Shown: one piece after another, positions 1 through 8,258 of the stretch
How positions within the stretch are numbered: position 1 is the first letter of the stretch
Layout of the letters: each line of letters starts with the position of its first letter
Source: Fidelibacterota bacterium
GTDB taxonomy: Bacteria > Fidelibacterota > Fidelibacteria > Fidelibacterales > DSDE01
Direction: 5' to 3'
NCBI GenBank assembly: GCA_046735395.1
Contig: JBJKQR010000006.1
Coordinates: 1-19,717, forward strand
DNA length: 19,717 bases
Program-made: the position numbers and the translations under genes
Notes under the pieces: generated by a model
The model's database searches: none
The model's input: only the letters and a program-made list of their open reading frames with translations
Told to the model about the DNA's origin: nothing

Positions 1-91
1 CTTACCCCCGAACACGCAAACCCGCAAACACGCCAACCAGCGAACCCGCCAACATAGGAATTTTCCACGGAGTACACGGATTGACACGAAT
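1..91 (+). repeat. Left copy of the composite junction element: AACnnGCn octamer run (11-54), then GAATTTT and CCACGGAGTACACGGATTGACACGAAT (65-91)
   Basis: 25-91 aligns ungapped to 6291-6357 with 58/67 identities by hand. 1-17 (cttacccccgaacacgc) matches cttgcccccaaacacgc in the 220-bp units. Probably truncated by the window edge. Confidence 0.9.
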
Positions 92-101
92 CATTCAGAA
101 T

Positions 102-150
102 CATTAAGCATTCGACATTTAACATTACTCATAAGACATTCAGCATTCTA
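102..150 (+). repeat. Degenerate heptamer tandem repeat, 7 x CATWnnn
   Basis: cattaag cattcga catttaa cattact cataaga cattcag cattcta, exact 7-bp period. Confidence 0.8.
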
Positions 151-200
151 ATGGTTCCCGTTTCAACCTCATTCTCACTGTAAATAAATTTCCTTCACAG

Positions 201-228
201 ACAGAAAAGGCCGCCCTTTCGAGCGGCC
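201..228 (-). terminator. Rho-independent terminator of the FG-GAP gene
   Basis: Minus strand GGCCGCTC-GAAA-GGGCGGCC-TTTTCTGT, about 30 nt past the stop at 258. Confidence 0.85.
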
Positions 229-257
229 ACAGGGAGTTTATGTGTACTGTGAGTCAA

Positions 258-3200
258 TTATTTCATGAAGATCAGTTTGCGGGTTTGTATGACATCCGCC
301 GCCTGCATCCGGTAAATATAAATGCCGGTGGAAACCATCTGGTTGAAGGAATTGCTTCCGTCCCAGATGATCTCATGCCAGCCGGCTTTCTGCGCCGGCA
401 AGATCCAGTTTCTCACCTGCCGTCCCACCAGATCATATATGACAATCTTCACATCTGTCTGTTCCGGCAATCCGTATTGAATATGGGTAATGGGATTGAA
501 GGGATTGGGAAAATTCTGAGACAGACAATACTCAGCCGGAATTTCATCAAAGGCGATCGCTGTCACCTCGCCGACATCAAATGTCTGTAATTTCGAACTG
601 TCACTTTCCACGACAAACCCATCATCATCCTTTGCCAGAACCTGCCATTCATAGCGATGTCCGAGGGCCAGATTAAGGATAACGCTCGTATCGGTTCCCG
701 TGCTCACTTCGTGCCATACCACACTGTCAATGTGTGTGGACTTGTATTTAACCGTGTAAACCGCATAATCCTTCGGATCCGGATCCTCTGCTTTTTCCCA
801 TTTCAATTCCACCACATTATCATCCAGGGCCTGTTTGGGAACCGGAGAAATACTTTTAAACTGATCCGGCGCTTCCGGAAACAGATCCGTCCAGAATGGA
901 ATTTGTTCTGAGTGGGAAATGCCGGATCCTCGGTCAATCGTGAGCACATCCCAGTGATAGGAATTATTATCCTTCAGGTCTACATTCCCGAAACAGCTGG
1001 TCGCGCTGGTTAAGACAGAATCAAATGATGAATTGCTCCAGACATGCATTTCATAATAGATGGAATCACCCGGATCAGGATCAGATGACGGATTCCAGAT
1101 GAATTTGGGATTCAGGGTCAGGACCACCACACTGTCCGGACTCAGGGGCATGGCCACAGCCGGATTTTCATTTACTGTATTTATGGAAACCTTCCGGAAG
1201 GAATCCCTGTTTTCCGATACGGCCCCCGACAGATCCTTCGCAGACACATTCCAGTAATAGGTTCCGTTTTCCACTAGATCCGATACACTGAATTCCTGCT
1301 CGGGCCCGGAATAGATTTCCTTCATGTTATCAATATCCGTTCCCAGAACCAGCCTGTAATTCAGACTGTCGTTGATATCGTTATCTGTGGTTTTGTTCCA
1401 GGACAATGTCAACGTATTACTGCTCAGAATGGACCCGTTTTCAGGTGACAGCAGATGTACCGGTTCGGGAATGCTGTTCCTGCTGTTTGTCCAGAAACTC
1501 CATCGGGTGGAACTCCGCACCTCACCCTGAGCATCCACGGCCTCCACTTTCCAGTAGTAGACCATATCCTCATCCAGAGCGGTTTCCGGTGTCCAGCGGG
1601 TTCCTGTCACATCTGTTCCGCTCACGCCACTGAAAATGATATCCGTGCTCAGAAAAACCCGATACGCAGTAATAACGGTTCCCTTGCTCGGAATATCCGG
1701 ATCAATTGCGGCATCCCAGATAAATTCAGGTGTCAGGTCCGTTACCATCGCGCCGTCCGCTGGTGACAGAAGTGCGAAATCACCCGGAACATCATTTGCC
1801 GTATTCACAACAAAGCTCCTGTATCCCTCCGTATTTTCCCGGGTCGTTCCGGACAGATCTCTCGCCACAACCCTCCAGAAACAGATGCTGTTGTCCGGCA
1901 GTGCTTCAGGTATCTGATAAAATGTATCAACTATTGTGGCCATTGTCTGGCCAAGTACATCCGGGCCATAATAAACTGTATAGCTTACCGTATCCATCAG
2001 ATCAGGATCGACAGCCCTGTTCCAGTGAAGAATCGGTGATAAGTCCTGAATGCTTTCATCCTGCGCAGGTTCAGTCAGCGTAAATGCGAAGGGAATATCA
2101 TTGACAGGCGTAACCGTGACGGACAGAAAGGTCGTGTCCCTGTAGCCGCCGGGATCCCGGGCAATCAATTGCAGAGAATCGTCACCACACCAATTTTCCA
2201 TCTTGGTGCTGATCGTGCATAATTCACCGTCCATCACAGCATCCAAGTTGACGCTGCCGCTGATATAATAGGCCCAGACCGGTTCGCCATCCGCATCGGT
2301 CACATAATCATCCCAGATATTGACATCAATGATGGCTGACTCATCCTCCTTAAAGGTAACGGTGGGAAGCGGTCCATGAAAGACAGGATTGTCGGCCACG
2401 GAATTCACCTTCAGGTTTACCGTATCCATCGAACTGTGAAAGGGATCCGAGGCTGTCAATACGAACACGCCCGTACCGGTTGCATTTGCCTTATCATAAA
2501 AGACAAGGAGACTGTCACTGACGACCCGGATGGAATCCATCGGAAGTGAAATACTGATGACATCCACGGAAAAAGTCAGATTATCCTCATCACTGAAAAC
2601 CGAGGAGATATTCACCGTATCGCTTCCGAAATCCTCCATGAAAACCATATCTTCGAGGGGATTGACCCGAAGAGGCAGAGCATTCACCTGAGTCAGGGTA
2701 AGCGTTTTTGTGATGGATGCTCCCGTAATTGTAACCACCGTGCTTCGTTCCAGAACATCACTGGCGTCATAGGTCAGAGTCACGGTTTGCGAAGCAACGC
2801 TCTCCTCAATGTCCGGAACAAGCCATGAAGCGGTTTTTGTAAGAGCCCAGGAAATATTCGCATTGATATCAAACGTGACCGTTCCGGCAGAACCGGGAAC
2901 TGTCAGAAGTTCTGTACTGAGCTCAAGGGAAGGTAGCTCCGTGTAGACATAAGCCCTTCCCATGTAGTAACCGACGGCTTTTGAAGCCGGGGCACCGACG
3001 GCAATATCACCGATGCCGTCTCCATTGAAGTCTCCGATTCCATCCATGGAATACCCGAAATCGGTGAACTGTGATTCGGCCGAAACTTCGGCAGCACAAA
3101 GCGTATTCAGCACTTCCCCGCCATAATACAGCCGGATTTTTTCGAAGGTGGCGCCGTTGATAGGATCCCGATTTGACTCCCGGATCAGAATATCATCATA

Positions 3201-5519
3201 TCCGTCGTTATTCACATCACCGGCTCCGGCAACCCCCCGGCCGAAATATTCCTCGGCAGCCGTTCCGCTGAGTACTTCATCCGCAGTGTTATCCGGACTG
3301 CTGCCGCCATAGTACAGATAGACAGAACCAGCGTTGGGCTGTCCATCCGGATCATTCGAATAGGCACCGATAAGGATATCGGCATATCCGTCAGAATTTA
3401 CATCTCCCGCATCGGAAACGCTGAAGCCGAGAAGATCGCCGGCAGCCTCACCATCATAATACAGGTCGGCAATATTATCCACGACGGGTCCGCCAAGATA
3501 CAGATAAGCCCTGCCGGCCGATCCCAGACCGCCGGGATCAGCCATGTAGGCCCCCACCAGAATATCGTCATAGCCATCGTTATTCACATCACCCGCATTG
3601 GACAGGCTGTACCCGAAATTGTCACTCGCGGCCTCTCCGTAAAAAAACAGGTCTGCCGTATTATCCATAGCCGGGCCGCCGAAAAACAGGGTCGCCTTCC
3701 CGGCATTTGTCGCGATTTCATCATCCAGATAGGAACCGATGAGCACGTCATCATAGCCGTCTCCATCCACATCTCCGGCATTGGATACGCAGGCGCCGAA
3801 ATTTCCCGATCCCAGGAGCGTCACATCCGCCGTATTGTCCATAGCCGATCCGCCGTAATAAATATAGGCCCTGTTGCCCATATCTGCGCCGACAATGACA
3901 TCCGCATACCCGTCGCCATTGATGTCACCGCCCCCTGACACACTGCGGCCGAATCGCTCACTGATGATGGTAGAAGTGAGCACCACATCCGCAACCAGAT
4001 CCGCTCCCGGCCCGCCGAAAAAGATCCGGGCTTCGCCCACTGTGCCCTGTTTGGCATATCCGATAATTATGTCATCATAGCCATCGCCATTGACATCACC
4101 CGCATTGCTCACACCCGAACCTACCTGAAAGTAGGCTTGTTCGCCGGTGTATTCCAGGTCTGCCGTTCCGCTGACGCTCGCGCTGCCCAGAAAGAGGCTT
4201 ACCTTACCCGAATTATAACCATCTATGCTGCTGGTATGCGAAGAGGACATAACATCGGAATATCCGTCACCATTGATGTCACCTCCGCCGGCAATATTGT
4301 ACGCAAAACTGCCGGACGGCCCGGTCAATTTCACATTTTCCACCGTATCGAGTGTGGCGTTTCCATAATAGATATAGGCCCAGCCCTTATTGTATTCGCT
4401 GATCAGCATATCGGCGTAGCCGTCATTATTCATATCACCGGCAGCTGAAACCTTGAATCCGAGATATCCGGAAGCGCTCCCCATCATGGTTAGCGCTGCT
4501 GTATCGGCGATCGTACTTCCTCCCCGATACAGGTAGGCCTTCCCTGCTAATGACCCCGCTTCATCATTCCCGTAGGCACCCACCAGCACATCATCATAGC
4601 CGTCATTATCCACATCCCCCACACCGGCTACACTGCAGCCTAACATATCCGATTGGGCTTCCCCGTACCAGATGACATCCGCAGTCCCGGTTATGGATTC
4701 ACCTCCGAGGAAGAGGTAGGCTGCGCCCGAATTCAGAATGGTTCCCGAACTTAGCAGGCCGCCGATAATCACATCATCATAGCCGTCGTTATTCACGTCC
4801 CCGGCCGCATCCATGGTTTTGCCGAAAAACTCGGTCGCACTGCCATAGGTAATGGAAAGCATGTTACCGCTTCCCATGCTGATTCCGCCGAAATAAATGT
4901 AAGCCGTATTATAGCGTTCATGTCCCACACCCACATCATCATAGCCGTCATGATTCACATCGCCGAGGCCGGCGACACAGGAACCGAACTTAAAAGTATT
5001 CTGAGATTCCAGTGTTACATCGGGAATACCGTCAAAACTGCTGCTGCCGTAAAATATATAAACATTTCCCCGGGCAACCGTGCCACCGGATTCTTCACCG
5101 TTCGCCCCGACAATCAGGTCCGCAATGCCATCGCCATTCACATCCCCGGCACCGTCCACGGCAGTTCCGAATCGTCCGATGTCCTGAGTTCCGCAGATGG
5201 TCAGGTCAGGATCCGCTTCGCTCACCGGTGATCCGGACCCGAAATAAACATAGACTTTCCCGGTTGTCACAGCTCCATCGTAATCGGCGGCTGCATCGGG
5301 CAGACCAATGGCCCAGTCATCATATCCGTCATCATTCACATCGCCGATATTGGCCACAGCCTCTCCCAGCTTGCTTCCGTTCCTGCCGCTGTCCGGCAGA
5401 CCCGTATCAATTTTTCCCATCAGCTGAAATTCATCCGCCCACAGACTGCCCGTCAGAAATACCAGGCCGGTAAAAAGATTAAACAGCATTTTACTCATAC
5501 TCATTCCCTCTCCTTTCAT
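258..5519 (-). CDS. Large secreted FG-GAP (integrin-alpha-like beta-propeller) protein with BACON-like, cadherin-like Ig and FN3-like domains and a C-terminal T9SS type A/FlgD-Ig sorting domain
   Basis: Signal peptide (..FLTGSLWA-DE). 14 GD[VIMF][ND]xDG[YI]xD motifs. BACON-like segment (..ANISW..ASWL..RSTVVTITG..LTLTQ). Two EDxx..DxD Ig repeats. Five P..L.SP...W...DPD repeats. C-terminal LSQNFPNPFNP..WDG..STGIYIYRM..TRKLIFMK. True start is likely the ATG at 5504 or 5498, after AGGAG. Confidence 0.93.
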   Translation of the reverse strand: MKGEGMSMSKMLFNLFTGLVFLTGSLWADEFQLMGKIDTGLPDSGRNGSKLGEAVANIGDVNDDGYDDWAIGLPDAAADYDGAVTTGKVYVYFGSGSPVSEADPDLTICGTQDIGRFGTAVDGAGDVNGDGIADLIVGANGEESGGTVARGNVYIFYGSSSFDGIPDVTLESQNTFKFGSCVAGLGDVNHDGYDDVGVGHERYNTAYIYFGGISMGSGNMLSITYGSATEFFGKTMDAAGDVNNDGYDDVIIGGLLSSGTILNSGAAYLFLGGESITGTADVIWYGEAQSDMLGCSVAGVGDVDNDGYDDVLVGAYGNDEAGSLAGKAYLYRGGSTIADTAALTMMGSASGYLGFKVSAAGDMNNDGYADMLISEYNKGWAYIYYGNATLDTVENVKLTGPSGSFAYNIAGGGDINGDGYSDVMSSSHTSSIDGYNSGKVSLFLGSASVSGTADLEYTGEQAYFQVGSGVSNAGDVNGDGYDDIIIGYAKQGTVGEARIFFGGPGADLVADVVLTSTIISERFGRSVSGGGDINGDGYADVIVGADMGNRAYIYYGGSAMDNTADVTLLGSGNFGACVSNAGDVDGDGYDDVLIGSYLDDEIATNAGKATLFFGGPAMDNTADLFFYGEAASDNFGYSLSNAGDVNNDGYDDILVGAYMADPGGLGSAGRAYLYLGGPVVDNIADLYYDGEAAGDLLGFSVSDAGDVNSDGYADILIGAYSNDPDGQPNAGSVYLYYGGSSPDNTADEVLSGTAAEEYFGRGVAGAGDVNNDGYDDILIRESNRDPINGATFEKIRLYYGGEVLNTLCAAEVSAESQFTDFGYSMDGIGDFNGDGIGDIAVGAPASKAVGYYMGRAYVYTELPSLELSTELLTVPGSAGTVTFDINANISWALTKTASWLVPDIEESVASQTVTLTYDASDVLERSTVVTITGASITKTLTLTQVNALPLRVNPLEDMVFMEDFGSDTVNISSVFSDEDNLTFSVDVISISLPMDSIRVVSDSLLVFYDKANATGTGVFVLTASDPFHSSMDTVNLKVNSVADNPVFHGPLPTVTFKEDESAIIDVNIWDDYVTDADGEPVWAYYISGSVNLDAVMDGELCTISTKMENWCGDDSLQLIARDPGGYRDTTFLSVTVTPVNDIPFAFTLTEPAQDESIQDLSPILHWNRAVDPDLMDTVSYTVYYGPDVLGQTMATIVDTFYQIPEALPDNSICFWRVVARDLSGTTRENTEGYRSFVVNTANDVPGDFALLSPADGAMVTDLTPEFIWDAAIDPDIPSKGTVITAYRVFLSTDIIFSGVSGTDVTGTRWTPETALDEDMVYYWKVEAVDAQGEVRSSTRWSFWTNSRNSIPEPVHLLSPENGSILSSNTLTLSWNKTTDNDINDSLNYRLVLGTDIDNMKEIYSGPEQEFSVSDLVENGTYYWNVSAKDLSGAVSENRDSFRKVSINTVNENPAVAMPLSPDSVVVLTLNPKFIWNPSSDPDPGDSIYYEMHVWSNSSFDSVLTSATSCFGNVDLKDNNSYHWDVLTIDRGSGISHSEQIPFWTDLFPEAPDQFKSISPVPKQALDDNVVELKWEKAEDPDPKDYAVYTVKYKSTHIDSVVWHEVSTGTDTSVILNLALGHRYEWQVLAKDDDGFVVESDSSKLQTFDVGEVTAIAFDEIPAEYCLSQNFPNPFNPITHIQYGLPEQTDVKIVIYDLVGRQVRNWILPAQKAGWHEIIWDGSNSFNQMVSTGIYIYRMQAADVIQTRKLIFMK

Positions 5520-5568
5520 TCTGCCCCGCTTTTATTAAGTCTTAGCTTTCGCTAATAATATCGCTTTG

Positions 5569-5598
5569 AATATATAGGAGGATGCGAATTAATGTCAA
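5569..5598 (-). promoter_or_regulatory. Putative sigma70-type promoter for the FG-GAP gene
   Basis: Minus strand TTGACA (5598-5593), N18, TATATT (5574-5569); N16-TATATA is an alternative reading. Confidence 0.6.
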
Positions 5599-5700
5599 GG
5601 TAAAATTGGCATTAATAATGACTTGGGACAGGATGATAGCGGCTGTAACACCTCATAGTACACAAATTCAGCGAAAATTGCAGAAAGAAGCAGTGTAGAA

Positions 5701-5737
5701 AATTACGAAGTGTGAATTACGGATTACTTTAATTACC
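5701..5737 (+). repeat. Short degenerate AATTACG heptamer run
   Basis: aattacg aagtgtg aattacg gattact tt aattacc. Confidence 0.5.
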
Positions 5738-5786
5738 GAACTATGTCCGGGCCTCGGGCGGGTCCATTAAGATCCACCAATCGGGT

Positions 5787-6533
5787 CACGCCAAACAGCA
5801 AACCTAAGAATTGTCCACGGATTGCACGGATTTACACGAATGAATAATATTTCCACGGAGTACACGGATTAACACGAATGAATAATAATTCCACGGAGTA
5901 CACGGATTAACACGAATGAATAATAATTCCACGAATTGCACAGATTAACACTGAAAGATCAGGACAATACCCTGAATTCTATTCTGAACTCCGGTCGCTT
6001 TTTCTCTATCACTCACCGCTGCAGGGATATATTAACACTATTACTGATATTCGCCGGACCCGCTTGCCCCCAAACACGCCAACCAGCTAACCCTCAAACT
6101 TAAGAATTGTCCACGGATTGCACGGATTTACACGAATGAATAATATTTCCACGAATTGCACAGATCAACACTGAAAGATCAGGACAATACCCTGAATTCT
6201 ATTCTGAACTCCGGTCGCTGTTTCTCTATCACTCACCGCTGCAGGGACATATTAACACTTTTACAGATATTCGCCGGACCCGCTTGCCCCCAAACACGCC
6301 AACCAGCTAACCATCAAACCAAAGAATTGTCCACGGAGTACACGGATTTACACGAATGAATAATAATTCCACGAATTGCACGGATTAACACGGAAAGATC
6401 AGAACGATACCCTGAATTCTATTCTGAACTCAGGTCCCTGTTTCTACATCACTCACTGCTGCAGGGATATATTAACACTATTACTGATATTCGCCGGACC
6501 CGCTTGCCCCCAAACACGCCAACCAGCTAACCC
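5787..6533 (+). repeat. Hierarchical tandem array: three 220-bp units (5891-6110, 6111-6330, 6331-6533 partial) preceded by two extra 38-bp subunits (5815-5890) and a partial octamer block (5787-5804)
   Basis: 38-bp period at 5815/5853/5891/5929 and 220-bp period at 5929/6149/6369. Units 1 and 2 differ at about 12 of 220 positions by hand count. The array ends 2 nt from the deaD stop codon. Confidence 0.97.
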
Positions 6534-6535
6534 GC

Positions 6536-8134
6536 TTATTTTCTCCGGGATTTTTTCGCATGGGTGACGAGGGGTTTGCGGCCCCGTTCCTTAAAGCTGG
6601 CGATGATCATTTCAGCTTTATCAAAGGGAACATTAATGAAGGAAAAGGTATCCATGATCTGAACATCACAGATCTGCCGGGGCTGAATTTCAGCTCTGGA
6701 CGTGATCATACTGACCAGTTTCGTCACATCCATCTTGTCCTTTTTACCCCGGGCCACGAAGAGCCGGACTTTCCCCTGCTGATCCAGCAGTTCGCCCCCG
6801 CCCCGCTGGGGTTCCCTGATCGTCGCATAGTTGGCCGGATCCAGTTCCTCTCCGTAGGAATTATACAGGAGAGCCGCTACAATTTCCGTAGGTTTTCCCA
6901 CTTCCAGAAGCGCCTTGGACCAGTTATAGAAGGTGGAATCAATATTCGAGTCCAATGCCTGTGTCAGTTCTTCCACAATTTTCTTCTTCCTGGCTTCAAT
7001 AATATCTTCCACGCGCGGCAGTCGGGATTTTTTTATATCCGTTTTCGCGACGCGCTGAATAAACAGGAGCTGCCGGTATTCACTGGGCGTAATAAAGGTA
7101 ATGGCCGTGCCTTCCTTTCCGGCCCTGCCGGTGCGGCCGATCCGGTGAACATAGGATTCAGGATCCTGAGGCAGCGAATAATTGATGACATGCGTCAGGT
7201 TATTCACGTCAATACCCCGGGCCGCCACATCCGTCGCAACCAGGATATTCAATTTCTTACTCTTGAATTTAGCCAGCATCCGTTCCCGCTGCGCTTGGCT
7301 GATATCTCCATGAATGGCCTCCGCATCGTAGCCGCGATCCTGCAGATGAGGAACAATGGTGTCCACATCGTGCTTGGTCCGGCAGAATACAAGTCCGTAA
7401 AAATTTTCCTCAAAATCAATGATGCGGCAGAGCGCTTCAAATTTTTCCGAAGCCCGGACCTCAAAATAAATCTGTTCGGTGAGACTGGTAGTCAGAGCTT
7501 CCTTTTCCACCTTCAGATGCTGAAAACCTTTCATATAATTCCGGGCAAGTTCCTTGATCCGGACAGGCATGGTGGCCGAAAACAGGCAGGTCCGTTTTTG
7601 AGGATTGGTATGCTTCATGATTTCTTCCATATCCTCAACAAATCCCATATTCAGCATTTCGTCCGCCTCATCCAGAACCAGATGTTCGATGGCATCAATC
7701 CGCAGCGTGGTGCGCCGCAGATGATCCAGAATCCGGCCGGGTGTTCCGACGACGATGTGGGCGCTGCGTTTCAGCCGCCGCAGCTGTTCATCGATGGACT
7801 GTCCGCCATAAATGGGAACAATGGAAATTTTCTTTTGTCCCCGCAGGGAGTTGATTTCCTCCGCAACCTGAATGGCAAGTTCGCGCGTCGGAACGAGGAT
7901 AAGAGCCTGAACCTGCCTGGCCTCGGCTGAAATCATATCGATAAGCGGCAGGCCGAAGGCGGCCGTTTTCCCGGTTCCGGTCTGTGCCTGCGCAATCAGA
8001 TCCGTTTCATTTTTGAGCATGGCCGGGATGGTCATCTGCTGTATGGCTGTGGGCTCCTCGAAGCCTTTTGTTTGAATGGCGTCTAAAATTTCTTCGGACA
8101 GACCCAATTCATTGAATGTCATTTTTGTGGTCAT
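6536..8134 (-). CDS. deaD: DEAD-box ATP-dependent RNA helicase, DeaD/CsdA type, with C-terminal DbpA-like RNA-binding domain
   Basis: Q motif (GFEEPTAIQ), AQTGTGKT, PTRELA, GG, TPGR, DEAD, SAT, ARGID, HRIGRTGRAG. C-terminal RLFVARGKKD..IMDTFSFINVP. Confidence 0.95.
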   Translation of the reverse strand: MTTKMTFNELGLSEEILDAIQTKGFEEPTAIQQMTIPAMLKNETDLIAQAQTGTGKTAAFGLPLIDMISAEARQVQALILVPTRELAIQVAEEINSLRGQKKISIVPIYGGQSIDEQLRRLKRSAHIVVGTPGRILDHLRRTTLRIDAIEHLVLDEADEMLNMGFVEDMEEIMKHTNPQKRTCLFSATMPVRIKELARNYMKGFQHLKVEKEALTTSLTEQIYFEVRASEKFEALCRIIDFEENFYGLVFCRTKHDVDTIVPHLQDRGYDAEAIHGDISQAQRERMLAKFKSKKLNILVATDVAARGIDVNNLTHVINYSLPQDPESYVHRIGRTGRAGKEGTAITFITPSEYRQLLFIQRVAKTDIKKSRLPRVEDIIEARKKKIVEELTQALDSNIDSTFYNWSKALLEVGKPTEIVAALLYNSYGEELDPANYATIREPQRGGGELLDQQGKVRLFVARGKKDKMDVTKLVSMITSRAEIQPRQICDVQIMDTFSFINVPFDKAEMIIASFKERGRKPLVTHAKKSRRK

Positions 8135-8258
8135 CTATTTCTTTCCAGTGATTAGTTACGTGCCCCCGATCAGAACACTGCCAAAGATACGGCATTTCAT
8201 CGTCAATTAATACGAAAATATCTTATTGAAAATTAATTACTTGCCCTGCTGGTTCTTT

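Noticed and set aside
240..5473. Many short alternative-frame and antisense ORFs overlapping the FG-GAP gene (and similar ones over the other large genes)
   Set aside because: Essentially contained within well-supported CDSs and lacking motifs or RBSs.
5815..6400. 38-bp repeats as a CRISPR array
   Set aside because: Units are directly tandem or separated by near-identical cores. There are no unique spacers and no cas genes in the window.
5936..6567. Three paralogous small ORFs in the 220-bp units (5936-6103, 6156-6359, 6376-6567)
   Set aside because: TTG starts without an RBS, different stop positions, and mostly non-synonymous differences between copies.
6560..7930. 456-aa plus-strand ORF
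   Set aside because: Antisense shadow of deaD with no recognisable motifs. Long antisense ORFs are common opposite conserved genes.
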